A stretch of DNA of 63,599 bases, the filler included, from Nemertoderma westbladi (Eukaryota; Animalia; Xenacoelomorpha): NCBI GenBank assembly GCA_032718475.1. It is 3 parts of 3 records of this genome, joined end to end, with 100 filler letters (N's around TTAATTAATTAA, not from the genome) between each part and the next. Parts side by side here need not be neighbours in the genome. Positions count along the whole stretch, not along the records: positions 30,960 to 57,198 come from JAUCBJ010003923.1; 2 more parts are not named here. The stretch is one strand, 5' to 3'. Position numbers and translations under genes: made by a program. Positions 33,951 to 48,100 of this stretch are shown in pieces. Below the pieces are notes generated by a model that was given only the letters and a program-made list of their open reading frames with translations, did not search any database and was not told the DNA's origin. Numbering within the stretch: the stretch's first letter is position 1; each line of letters starts with the position of its first letter.

Positions 33951-35730
33951 CATAGCGGAATTGAGGACCTTAGGTTTATTAGTAAATCTAGAATAGCTGG
34001 GATGGGATGACATATTATTGGTAGATGTGTGTCTGGAGGTCCGTTGAAACATAGCGGAATTGAGGACCTTACGTTTATTACTAAATCTAGAATAGCTGGG
34101 ATGGGATGACATATTATTGGTAGATGTGTGTCTGGAGGTCCGTTGAAACATAGCGGAATTGAGGACCTTACGTTTATTACTAAATCTAGAATAGCTGGGA
34201 TGGGATGACATATTATTGGTAGATGTGTGTCTGGAGGTCCGTTGAAACATAGCGGAATTGAGGACCTTAGGTTTATTACTAAATCTAGAATAGCTGGGAT
34301 GGGATGACATATTATTGGTAGATGTGTGTCTGGAGGTCCGTTGAAACATAGCGGAATTGAGGACCTTACGTTTATTAGTAAATCTAGAATAGCTGGGATG
34401 GGATGACATATTATTGGTAGATGTGTGACTGGAGGTCCGTTGAAACATAGCGGAATTGAGGACCTTAGGTTTATTAGTAAATCTAGAATAGCTGGGATGG
34501 GATGACATATTATTGGTAGATGTGTGTCTGGAGATCCGTTGAAACATAGCGGAATTGAGGACCTTAAGGTTTATTAGTAAATCTAGAATAGCTGGGATGG
34601 GATGACATATTATTGGTAGATGTGTGTCTGGAGGTCCGTTGAAACATAGCGGAATTGAGGACCTTAGGTTTATTAGTAAATCTAGAATAGCTGGGATGTG
34701 ATGACATATTATTGGTAGATGTGTGTCTGGAGATCCGTTAAAACATAGCGGAATTGAGGACCTTAAGGTTTTAGTAAATCTAGAATAGCTGGGATGGGAT
34801 GACATATTATTGGTAGATGTGTGTCTGGAGGTCCGTTGAAACGTAGCGGAATTGAGGACCTTACGTTTATTAGTAAATCTAGAATAGCTGGAATGGGATA
34901 ACATATTATTGGTAGATGTGTGTCTGGAGGTCCGTTGAAACATAGCGGAATTGAGGACCTTAGGTTTATTACTAAATCTAGAATAGCTGGAATGGGATGA
35001 CATTATTGGAAGATGTGTGTCTGGAGATCCGTTGAAACATAGCGGAATTAAGGACCTTTGGTTTATTAGTAAATCTAGAATAGCTGGGATGGGATGACAT
35101 ATTATTGGTAGATGTGTGTCTGGAGGTCCGTTGAAACATAGCGGAATTGAGGACCTTCGGTTTATTACTAAATCTAGAATAGCTGGGATGGGATGACATA
35201 TTATTGGTAGATGTGTGTCTGGAGGTCCGTTGAAACATAGCGGAATTGAGGACCTTAGGTTTATTAGTAATTCTAGAATAGCTGGGATGGGATGACATAT
35301 TATTGGTAGATGTGTGACTGGAGGTCCGTTGAAACAGCGGAATTGAGGACCTTAGGTTTATTAGTAAATCTGGAATAGCTGGGATGGGATGACATATTAT
35401 TGGTAGATGTGTGTCTGGAGATCCGTTGAAACATAGCGCAATTGAGGACCTGAGGTTTATTACTAAATCTAGAATAGCTGGGATAGGATGACATATTATT
35501 GGTAGATGTGTGTCTGGAGGTCCGGTGAAACATAGCGGAATTGATGACCTTAGGTTTATTAGTAAATCTAGAATAGCTGGGATGTGATGACATATTATTG
35601 GTAGATGTGTGTCTGGAGATCCGTTGAAACATAGCGGAATTGAGGACCTTAGGTTTATTACTAAATCTAGAATAGCTGGGATGGGATGACATATTATTGG
35701 AAGATGTGTGTCTGGAGGTCCGTTGAAACA
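33714..35730. repeat. 99-bp satellite, about 20 copies
   Basis: Unit CATATTATTGGTAGATGTGTGTCTGGAGGTCCGTTGAAACATAGCGGAATTGAGGACCTTAGGTTTATTAGTAAATCTAGAATAGCTGGGATGGGATGA. Confidence 0.97.
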
Positions 35731-36084
35731 ATTAAATTTCGAATGTTTCTTATTTATTTAATAAATTATTCAATGTAGAATATAGAACATACAGAACATT
35801 TAAACTATTAATGTACAAAATGTTTATTATTAGATTATACTAAATTTATAAATCTAAAAGTTTAAATTTTACAAATGCAAGCAACAAGGCAACATTATTT
35901 CTGCGATGGAAAATAATTCTAACTTTAACGCTTAATAGGTTGTATTAATTGTACATCAATCATCAATTTTATATTTATTTGCCTTGCTACGCGGACCTAA
36001 CAATATTTATAATGTAATAAAGACAACAACAAAGAAATACTATGGAAAAACTTATCTAAGTTCTTTTGAGTTCATAATTGTCAA

Positions 36085-39000
36085 TCAAAATTGCACTAGC
36101 GAGTTTTTGTTATTTCTTATATTATAGTCTTTTATATTTCTCCAAGTTCTATCTTTTAAGACGGGAAATGTTGTTGATCGTATAGACTCTATGACCTTTT
36201 TTCCAGGGAGTTCCGTTGTTTTTGTAGCTCGTAATCCTTTCATTACGGCCTCCCTCTCCTCCTTAGTCCAGGGTCGTTTATTTGAAACGCGATTTCTTTT
36301 CTTAGGTGACTCCTCTCTCTCAATTGCTTTCCTTTTTTTGGTTTCCCGGCCTTCATCATCTGTGCAATTGGAGCATCTGGCAATCATTGGCAACTCCATC
36401 TGCGCAGGTTGTGCGTCTTCTCTGTTCATATCTGTAACAAATCATTCCAACAAAATCATACCGCTATTTATTGTTTATATTATCAAGTGCAAATACAATT
36501 TATTTTATTGGAAGATTTCAGAACAATGTTCTACAAGGTGTTCCCATTTTTTTTTAACGAAATTAAATTTTCTGTCGGTGTCAGTTCGTTTAATTTCAGT
36601 TTAATTTATAAATATATTTCTAATTAATAATATTTATTAATAAGTGAGTAAGTTAAGGGGGGGGGGGGGGGTACACCACCCTATGGACCTTTTTTGCAAA
36701 TGGCTATAATTTCTGCTTGTTTGAATTGCTTGTATGTATTTTATACCTTTCGGGGGATTAATATATGGCCAAAGATTGGGTTCAAAAAAAATTTTCAATT
36801 TTGCGTCGCCCTCTAGCGGCCATCAGCAAAATTGTTAATTTCACTTAAGGGCACGTGTTTGTGGTCAAAATTTAAAAAAATCAAAAAAATTTTTACGGAT
36901 TCTGGATCAAAATTTAATGGCGATTTCAAACCTGAAAACGACAATGCGAGATCTATTTTAGCTCTCGAGTTATAGCTGTCTGTTTGTCTGTCTGTCTGTC
37001 TGTCAGTCAAAAAGTAATGAATGAAATACACAACTGAAAATGTTGTTGTAGAGGTTTTCCTGGTCTATGATTCCATTTCTTATGTCCGTTTTAACGGTTA
37101 AAGGATTTTAAATGGTCTATTAGGATGTCTGTCCGTCTGTTATATTTTGACGGACAGACCGACATGAATACAGACCCAATACAAAGCCAATATATTTAAA
37201 TATTGACATCAGAAATGGAATCACCGACCAGGAAAACCCATTTAAATCAATTTTTAGCGATGTCGTGTCCTTTCCTAAATTTTGACTGACAGACGGACAG
37301 ATTGTCTGATAAACAGATAGACTGACAGTTAGACAGTCTGGAATTCTTCAAACGTCAAAACTAACTTCGGTATTGAAATCACCGACCAGGAAAACCCCCA
37401 TAACCTAAATTTCAGTTCGGTAGTGTGTTTCCTTAATTATTGACTGACAGACAGACAGATTGACCGACAAACAGCCAGACTGACAGACTGGAATTCATCA
37501 AACGTCAAAACTGACATCGGAAATACAATCACCACCCCAGAAACCCCCCATATCGAAAATTTTAGTTAAGAAGTATTCTTCCTTATTTTTTCAATACAAT
37601 TTCAATTATCCCCCCATTTAACATAAAATGGCGGGAAGGTTTGAAAACTTTAAATGGATTTTCACTCATGTACCTGTTTCTCTGGAACTACTGGACCAAA
37701 TTGCATGAAATTTTTAGTATATGTTCTTATACTAATCCTTTATAGGTGGAACCACCTTTTAGACATGTAGGTTAGAAATTGCAAAAGTTACATCACAAAA
37801 AACGGCCAAAATACGTGTTTTTTTTCACCTTTTGCAAATAAAATTTTTCACTTTGAAAATTTCTGGTGATCACAATAATTTTTTTTATTTTTTCTGCTAC
37901 CACGTCTGAGACACATGCAAAATTAATTCCCCTCCAAAACGTGGTGTTTCATTGTCCGTTCCTTCTCCATTTGGAACTTCACACTGACTCTAAATGTCAT
38001 TGTTTGGCTTGGCCTCTAGAGGTAGCCTTCCGTCGTGACGCGAAACCTACCGATCAGCTGACTGCCATCAGCTCAACACTGATTGCCGTCTAGGTCCAGT
38101 TGCTTTTTAGATATTTACATACTTTGGTCCTTTCGACTTTGGACCGCTAAGGTTTTTTACTTAACAGCTTATATATATATGGATATCGATATCGATATCG
38201 ATATCGATGTTGTCATATCATAAGGGCCTAATACTAAAGTCTATTTTTTACGAAAAATAATGGGATTATTGATCCATTATGATATGATATACCCTGTAAT
38301 TATAAATTAATATTAAAGTTTCTTGAAGCTATCAAACTATCAATCACTTCAAACTATCAATAACTTCTTAACTTACCCTCCAGAAGATTTAAATCATCCT
38401 CTCGAACTGGTGGTGGCAGTACCCCTCCACTTTGCAATGCCATATCTTCCACTAATTTCTCAGTATCTGTAAAATATAATAAACCATTAAATATAGTTAA
38501 ATAATTATATATATATATATTATATATATATTTGTAAGCATAAAATAATAAATAAATAAAATATTATTTTAAATAAACCTAGATTTTATTTATTTAAATT
38601 ATTTAAATATTTATTATTTTTATTATATGCTAATATTTATACTAATATATGTACACTAAACCGGATCCCTTATCCCACGGCGGTTTCTTATATATCCAAG
38701 TAATATATATTCCTACTGTACAATAATTTATATATTATACATATATATTTAAATAATAATAATAATTAAAATTTGACATATCTTTATAGTATTTCAATAC
38801 CGTATATATAAATTTATACAAACCTCTCGTTAGTACATCCTCCAATTTCTTTCCCTCCCGATCTGGTACGATTCCTTTATCCATCGCCAAGAATAACTTT
38901 GACAATTTCAAAATTCTTAGCTCCTTATCTGGAATTTCGTAGTACTTCCTATGGACTTCTAGATTATGGCCCATGAACTTTGCTAACATTTCTAATACTT

Positions 39001-40434
39001 GTTTAGTAAGGGAGAGCATCTGTGCGTTGGTTGCTATCTGTTTCCTGAGTTTTGTGGACCTCATGTTTTCAGGATTCTTTAATCCAGCCTTTTCTGCCTG
39101 CTCTCTAATGGCGGTGCTACCCTCAAAATATTCCAAACTTCCATAATTAGCCCGTGGGAACAAGTAAGTATTTTGTGGTATTACCCCGCAAATCCCTCTG
39201 AACTTTACAAGTGTATTTATATTTTCTATCATTTGGTTGCTTAATAAAACTGGCACAGGAGAACCCCTTTTACCCCTTACTTCTATTAACTCAAATAGTT
39301 TGCATAAATGTCTTTCTAAATTGCTAATTTTGTCATTAAGATATTCTGACTCAAGCGAAGCTTTCTGTCTTTTTTTAAATTCTAACAATGTCATGGCTGA
39401 CACTTCGGATACACGGTGTCGGTTGAACATTATGACTTTAGCCAAGCATTGATGGTTTGCTTCCTCCCATGCCTTTTTGTTTTTCCCTTGGCTACTTATG
39501 ACTTCATTTAGATTGTGTGAAATACCTCTTTTTAAATGTTCGGACATTTTTACAACGTCTTTTGCCGTCGGCAATTCCTCAGGGTTGTTCATTTTGATTT
39601 CAGACAATGTATATTGTGCAGGTGCATTTATCTCACAGCCCCATTTCTTGTCACACAACTCCACGAATTTTCGATAATTTTCCTCCGAATCTATATCTCG
39701 TGTCTCCATAGCAGTTTCCTGCATCAGGGAAGCGCATTTTTTTATTGTGTAACCAATCTTTAGAGCGACGCTAGGCACCTTAAATAATTGCGTTATTTCG
39801 CAGTAGCCCGCTATTTCTCGTGTCGCGCATATTATATTTCACATAGTCGCTCTGGACGCAAGTAATCTTTCAAAGGAGATCTGGTGGCGGAATTCTTCTG
39901 CAACTTAATGAGCAACCTTCCCATTTCCCTCAATTTGTCTCGGACATATTTTATTTTTTGTCGCTTCTTGGCTGGTTTAATAATCTCTCGTTTAGCTAAT
40001 TGTCGAATTAACTGATCTTTTTTCACAACAGAAGTAATGTCATCGTCTTTCATTCCGCAAAATAACTCCTCCAATTCGAAATTTTTCTCATCTCCCTCTG
40101 GTGTCAGGGTCGCCTTCAGCGCTCTACTATTTATTACTATCTTCCTGTGGCTTACAATGGTTACTTTCGCACTACTTTCCAGATTTGCTGCTGCGGTGGC
40201 AGGACATTTATGCTGGCAGATTTCTTTCAAGGAAAACCAACCATAACAATTACTACAGGGTCCATACTGGTCTGGTGATTTAACATGGCTAGGTCGATAT
40301 GCCACCAGGAGATTACCAGGAGGTGAACTGAACTTAGGACTAGACGGTTCTACACCTCTATCTGAGTCGCAGATAGTTACATCTAATAAACTGTCTGACA
40401 TGTTCTGCTTAGTATCAGACATGTTTGTTTGCAC
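36085..40434 (-). CDS. Spliced tyrosine-recombinase gene with a C-terminal Myb/SANT-like domain (Crypton-like YR element). Exons about 40434-38824, 38466-38377 and 36431-36085; one frameshift near 39830
   Basis: YR motifs FNRHRVSEV (R), RGKRG (K), STKLRK and MGHNLEVHRKYY (H, Y). GT-AG introns are all phase 1, the 90-nt middle exon is stop-free, and the join is in frame to KRPWTKEE...LPGK...RTWRNIKDY. Confidence 0.8.
36654..37900. mobile_element. Interspersed repeat insertion(s) within the YR intron, related to about 29405-30000
   Basis: Both start TTAAGG followed by poly-G and share (GACA)n tracts and GACCAGGAAAACCC subrepeats. Confidence 0.5.
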
Positions 40435-43070
40435 AGTTGAATGCCTACTGCTATATTACAGTCCAAGCAAGTCTAGTAATTCAGTGTTAACTGCTAGCCT
40501 AGTAATTAATTACCGATACTGCTACTCAGTGTAGTGTGATATATAATATTAGAATACTGGTATACTTAGGGTATATATAAGTATTATTACAGACTAGGTT
40601 TTTCACAGAAACCGGTATATAATTTTAGCACAAATATATATAAATATATAATAGGCCTATCGTGGATACCGGTATGCAGTTTACACTTATAGTATATATA
40701 AGTATAATTATTAACTAGAATTAATTACAGAATACCGGTATGATTTCAACCTAAAATTTATAGAAATAAATATAATAAGCCTATTGTAAATACCGGTATG
40801 TCAATTATTTTAAATAATTGAATTTCTGAATTTTAATGGTTACTTGGTTACTTTAACTTACTTTATTACCGTTATTTAAGCAGTAGTCCAACTGATATTG
40901 AGACCTAATTGTTGTATGGCAGGCCTACTATTTATAAATCGTTTGAGTTGATTTATAATATATATATACCCGTTTAATGGGTTTTGTCAATGTTTGAAAT
41001 AAATGTTATTATTTCTGGGGGAGTCACTACAAATAAGCTGTGCGCTCTCAGTGGAGTGTTACTTGTTAGACACTAAAACAAATAATTCTAATTTACCTAA
41101 GTTACTTAATACTACAAATTACGTACAATTCGGGTTGAGATTACAATCTCTAAATAAACACAAAATTTAATTACAAATACACAAATACAAATTTTTAGGG
41201 TAATTTTACAAGAAGTCTACTAACCAGCCTAACAAAGGGTTAGAATCTGGTTATTACAACGGACAGGGTACTAAGGTATTTGAAAATAATAAGTAGTAGT
41301 AAATACGCTGCGTTGTCCAGATAGGAAAATACAACCGCCTGACGACCTATAGCCGTATCGCTATAGGTACTACGTTATGTATCACGGAGTGTTCCTACCT
41401 AGAAGTTAATAGAGCTAACGTACGTGCCTATCAACCACTTTACAACACAAATATAATGCCTACACTAATTACTTTCGGAAAGCACTGTACACTAAACCCT
41501 AAATTAGGCACAAGTACTTGTATAACAAATAATTAGTAGTTAAAAATACTTGAACAGCTAAAAGAACCACGGCATCTGCTGGAGTGACCGGTGCACAAAT
41601 CACCAGTCTTTACCTACGCCAAGCAGCCCGTATAGTACCGGGGTTAGTTTAACTATAACGGTATGTATAACAAACACAATTACTGTAGGAACAAACTTGG
41701 TGAATGAATGTTGCGAATAATAGCATAAACTCTGAATAATAAATATTACGCTACGCGTACAAACCATTCAAACAAAATGCAGACCAAATACTGACAGACT
41801 ACTATCAAGCATAAACAAACTACGGTATATGCAGACTCCAAAATGATTAGTTAGTATGCGTTCTAACCCAGTAGTACGACTTATTCTTTAGATGGGGGTT
41901 TACCTTACAGCGATGGCTGCCCCTACTTCCTAACCGTTCTTTATCGGACAGATGCTTTGCACACACCGAAATTTCCTCAAACCCAACAACAGCCAGACAA
42001 CTATCCAGCCTACAAATTATCTAAATAAATTATACGCTACCCGTACAGACTACACAAACAAAGTACAGACCAAACGCTGGCGGACTCCTATCAGGCCTAA
42101 ATAAACCACAGGACATGCAGACTCCAAAATGGTTAAGTAGTATGCGTTCTAACCCAGTAGTACGACTTATTCTTTAGATGGGGGTTTACCTTACAGCGAT
42201 GGCTGCCCCTACTTCCTAACCGTTCTTTATCGGACATACACTCTACATGCACTGCAATCCGTTCAGACCTAATCAACAGTTAGCCAACAGTCAAGCCTAC
42301 AAATTATCTGTACAATCTGAGCAGGCTTACACGCCTTCTGCTCAATACTGGCCTACAAATAAATAAAACTTGACAGAAACAAGTAAAATCTCAATAAAAA
42401 ACCAGGGCTGCAGTCCCTGATTAATTATTAAGGCCTACCGGTATATAATTATCAAAATCGAATAATACTGCTGTACCTGTACTGTAAGTACCGGTTCGGG
42501 TGATCAGGCAGTCAGGCCTACAGGTTTCCGGTCGATCGGTACTTTCGACTAGATTGCTTACACCGCAATCCAGAAGCAATATCTGTTATTGTTTGCGCTT
42601 TTAAGACCTTTGACAGTTTAACCTGCCAAATTAGGATGTCTTTTGGATGATATATATTCTTTAGCTTATGACGAGTATTTGATACACTACATTAGCCGAA
42701 GCCAGCCTATGCGCAATCATTCACCCGTTGGATATACCCGGGAGACTGAGTTCGGAGCTTAATGATTGATGGTGTAAGCCTACTGTATTATTCGACTGAT
42801 CGTAATATATAATCTCTGACAAATATTATTCACTTTCGGGAAATATTAACAGTTCCTTTAGGACGTGGCGCTCTAAATATGTAAACAGAGTTATGACTTA
42901 AACTAGTCACAACGAAAAGGCTATAGATTAACGTATATGGCGCATTCTTTAGGAGATGCTTTGTTATCAGTTACAATCATACACAATGCTGCACATTTAG
43001 TCACGTATAAAGAGAGCAACAGACAATTTATGTTGGGCATATGAAATAGCATTAGATTCACTTCAAATCT

Positions 43071-44055
43071 TCATATTATTGGTAGATGTGTGTCTGGAGG
43101 TCCGTTGAAACGTAGCGGAATTGAGGACCTTACGTTTATTAGTAAATCTAGAATAGCTGGGATGTGATGACATATTATTGGTAGATGTGTGTCTGGAGAT
43201 CCGTTGAAACATAGCGGAATTGAGGACCTTAAGGTTTTAGTAAATCTAGAATAGCTGGGATGGGATGACATATTATTGGTAGATGTGTGACTGGAGGTCC
43301 GTTGAAACATGCCGGAATTGAGGACCTTTGGTTTATTACTAAATCTAGAATAGATGAGATGGGATGACATATTATTGGTAGATGTGTATCTGGAGGTCCG
43401 TTGAAACATAGCGGAATTGAGGACCTTAGGTTTATTACTAAATCTAGAATAGCTGGGATGGGATGACATATTATTGGTAGATGTGTGTCTGGAGGTCCGT
43501 TGAAACATAGCGGAATTGAGGACCTTAGGTTTATTACTAAATCTAGAATAGCTGGGATGTGATGACATATTATTGGTAGATGTGTGTCTGGAGATCCGTG
43601 GACACATGCGGAATTGAGGACCTTAGGTTTATTAGTAAATCTAGAATAGCTGGGATGTGATGACATATTATTGGTAGATGTGTGACTGGAGGTCCGTTGA
43701 AACATAGCGGAATTGAGGACCTTAGGTTTATTACTAAATCTAGAATAGCTGGGATGGGATGACATATTATTGGTAGATGTGTGACTGGAGGTCCGTTGAA
43801 ACATAGCGGAATTGAGGACCTTAGGTTTATTAGTAAATCAAGAATAGCTGGGATGGGATGACATATTATTGGTAGATGTGTGTCTGGAGGTCCGTTGAAA
43901 CATAGCAGAATTGAGGACCTTTGGTTTATTACTAAATCTAGAATAGCTGGGATGTGATGACATATTATTGGTAGATGTGTGTCTGGAGATCCGTGGAAAC
44001 ATAGCGGAATTGAGGACCTTAGATTTATTAGTAAATCTAGAGTAGCTGGGATGAG
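43071..44055. repeat. 99-bp satellite, about 10 copies (second array)
   Basis: Same unit as 33714-35730. Confidence 0.97.
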
Positions 44056-44880
44056 ATATATCTTTCCAACAATACACCTGGACTCATTTTCTCAGATCAC
44101 AAAAATACTGTAGGCCTCCTATATTAATAGCTTCCTATAATAAATATATTAATAGTGGCACTGTAAGTGGTATGGTATGAGGCATTATAGTTTGAAATGT
44201 CACTTTGGTGTTGTATGTATATTGTTTTATCTTTAGTATTATAATCACAAGCTTTAATTATTCATGTTCATTATCACTCCAGCCAGCGTCAATACAGTGT
44301 AACGGAATTAAATATATTATATAATTATACCCTGAAATATAAAGCCCTTTTTCCTTTACCGAAATCCCTTCTTTCCATTCATAAATATTAAGGAGGTAGT
44401 TTCGCGCCCAAAGTCATCGGAGTAATCATAATGGCAGGATGGGGTGTAGCAGGACATCTTACCACATAAAAATTAAGGATAGTTATTGTGCAACCAGATA
44501 AGTTATCCCACCACACTCAATTTTGCCCTTCTTCTTCCATTTTATCCGTATCCTTCCCTACTGTAAATGTATCACTACAGGACGCCACCTTGCGGCAAAA
44601 ATTGAAATGTATATCCCTCATTTATATACACAGGATGTGTGTCCTCATTTCCTGTCTAGGGGGTAACTAGCTATGAATGTCCTCATTGCCTATGTAACAT
44701 GTGATCTCAAATATAATGAAACTTATTGATTTTCATAATTTGTCTTCATTGGAAACATGTAGAGGATATCTTGACGTACATTTTGATACCTTGGTTGAAT
44801 TCACAGCAACAAAATGAAAAAAGTCCCCAATTCCACTGTAGGAAGTAGCAAGTCCTCAATTGGCCGCCTAGACACGTATT

Positions 44881-44992
<112 letters not shown>

Positions 44993-45157
44993 ACTCGTGT
45001 AAATAGGGGACACACATCATAAATTTGACCCACATACCGGGGACATACTGCAAAACGGGGACGTCCCCGGTCTGTTTTACAGCTAAAATAGATTCAGCGG
45101 GTTTTATTTTATATATTTCTTATATCTTTAGACCTAGAGTTCGAACCACTACCGACA

Positions 45158-48100
45158 ACCAAGGTGTTGGGGCTCTTTTGGGACCCAAACACGGACAACT
45201 TTCGAGTGAAGGTGAGACTGGACAGTCAAGAAAACACACTGACAAAGAGATCATGCTTGTCAAAATTGAGCCGATTGTTCGATCCATTAGGATTCATCAG
45301 TCCAATAATACTGCAAGCCCGCATTTATATGCGCAGTATTTGGAAGGATGGACTGACATGGGACGAGCCGATCTCATCAGACCAAGTGGACTTATGGAAG
45401 ACCTGGGAGGCAGAATTATCTTCGCTAGAGGATTATTCCATACCCAGAGTCTACTTTCCATTACAAACAACGTTTCCTGACAACTTGGAATTACATTGTT
45501 TTTCTGACGCCAGTGACAACGGTTTTGGTGTGGCAGCGTACTTGCGCAGACAAGTAGACTCAGAAGAATTCGATGTTTCGCTCATTACTTCTAAGGCAAA
45601 AACAATGCCTACTAAGTATATGACGACACCACGAGCTGAGCTACAAGCCGCAACCCTGTCAACCACAATCGTGAACCTTATACAGACATAACTACAGTCA
45701 AGTTTACAGATATTTTATTGGATGGACGCGACGTTGGTTTTATTTTACATAAATAACGACACACTTGAATTCAAGACATTCGTAGCTAACCGTCGCGTGG
45801 AAATTCTAGACCGTTCAATAAAGGAAGATTGGCGACATTGTCCCGGACCACAAAACCCAGCCGATATTGCGTCGCGAGGAATGATGCCTGAGGAATTCTG
45901 TAAACCGGAGAACAAAGAATTTTGGCAACACGGACCTCAATTCTTACAAAGATCAACACTAAATTGGCCACCACTATATGACAACAAGTCTAACACTATC
46001 CCTAAGGACGCCGAAATCAAGAAACCAAAAAAGGGGAAGGCAAAGAAAAAGACGACGGCGGCTAAACTCAAGAAGAAACCTAAGGCGAAATGGAAGGATA
46101 TAACTTCAAAAGTCAAGAGAGGAAGACTTGCGAGCCTTTCTACACCAGACATATCGCCAGACGGTCAACCAGATACGTTACTAGACGGTCAACCAGACGT
46201 TTTGCCAGACATGTCACAAGACGCTTCGCCGGATGTTCCGCGAAACATTTTACAAGACATATCACAAAATGTTCTACCAGACACTAGTGACATACTGACA
46301 AATAGTAAAGCCGCAGTTTCTCTATTGGAGCGGCCTTCTATTGACAAACAACCAGATACATTACCAGACGTATCGCCAGACACGTTACTAGACAGTCAAC
46401 CAGACGTTTTGCCAGACACGTCACTAGATATTTCGCCGGATGTTCCGCGAAACATTTTACCAGACATGTCACAAAATGTTCTACCAGACACTAGTAACAT
46501 ATTGACAAATAGTAAAGCCGCAGGTTCTCTATTGGAGCGGCCTTCTATTGACAAACAACCAGATACGTTACCAGACGTATCGCCAGACACATTACTAGAC
46601 AGTCGACTAGACATTTTGTCAGAAACATCACAAAATGTTCTACCAGACACTAGTAACATATTGACAAATAGTAAAGCCGCAGTTTCTCTATTGGATCGGC
46701 CTTGTATTGACAAACTACCAATTTTGACACACTTGAGCAACCATAAGCACGGTGAAACCTCATGTATTACAGATGTGGGTAGTACCTACGCTAATGTAAA
46801 TACAGGTGTTACTCTGCGCTCAAGAGACATACCAAACTTGCAACCTATGGTGAAACCTGGGATTAATATCGGCAGAAAATTAAGTTTACCGAAACCCAGT
46901 GACCCCATAGAGTTCAAACCACCATTAACGATCGACTTACAAAGTACTGACAATCAAGGTAAGAAGACGAAGAAGGACAAATTACTTGTAGACCCGGACG
47001 GATCAACAGTCAACAAGGGAATACTTACCGGCGGACCCGTGGGCCCTTCTAGTAAATCAAAACCTTCCAAAATCTCCATTGACTTACCTGATGACGTCAC
47101 AAATACTTACGTCGACCGTATTGTAAACCTAACAGACTCTTGGACGAACGCTTGCCGAAAATTAGCGTGGATTGTACGTTTTGTACAATACGTTAAAGGC
47201 AAGCGAGACTTTACACGTCGACTTACATTGGCTGAGATTGACAGGTGTGAAATTAAATTAATTCGCCATTACCAACTGCGATATTTCGCGCGCGAATTCA
47301 CATCTATAAATCAAGGTCAACCAATCAAGTCGTCACCAATATTGAGTTGGAGTCCGATAATTTATAATGGCTTAATTTGTCATAAATCTCGGCTTCAAAA
47401 CATTGACTTTAACACAAACTTTAGATACCCAATAATAATACCACAGCATCACGAACTACAACGTGCAATGATACTGGACGCACATTTACATCTGAAACAC
47501 GCTGGAAGACACCACTGTCTTTCCTACTTACGTACAAGATTTGTATTAATTAGACCCAGTAAAGCGTTAAGTTCAGTGACACGTACGTGTATTATTTGTA
47601 AAAAGGTACATTCTAGAATAGGTACCCAAGAAATGAGTGAACTCCCACAAGCACGACTTCAAGCATTCAGACCACCTTTTACAGAGACTGGAATTGATTG
47701 CTTTGGTCCCATACATACGAAACGTGGACGTATACTAGTAAAACGCTGGGGACTGATTTTCACATGTATGTCCAGTAGGGCAGTTCATATTGAACGTGTG
47801 ATGGATCTTTCCACCAACGCGTTTATACTAGCATTGCGGCGATTTATCGCTAGACGCGGACTAGTAAAATGCTTGTTCTCAGACCAAGGGACAAACTTTG
47901 TTGGTGCTCGAAATGAGATTGCTAGAGCCTTTAAGAAATTAGATCATGATCAAATCTCGAACGAACTACAACCTCACAAGATTGTTTGGAAGTTTAATCC
48001 TCCAGATAGTCCATGGAGAGGCGGAGTCTGGGAGAGATTGATTAGATCTATCAAAACGGCAATGGCAAAGGTCATTCCAGTAAACCATATATTGACAGAC

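Noticed and set aside
33714-35731. 429-aa and related repeat ORFs as real genes (also 43071-44077)
   Set aside because: They are by-products of a stop-poor 99-bp unit; frames switch at indels and there is no unique domain.
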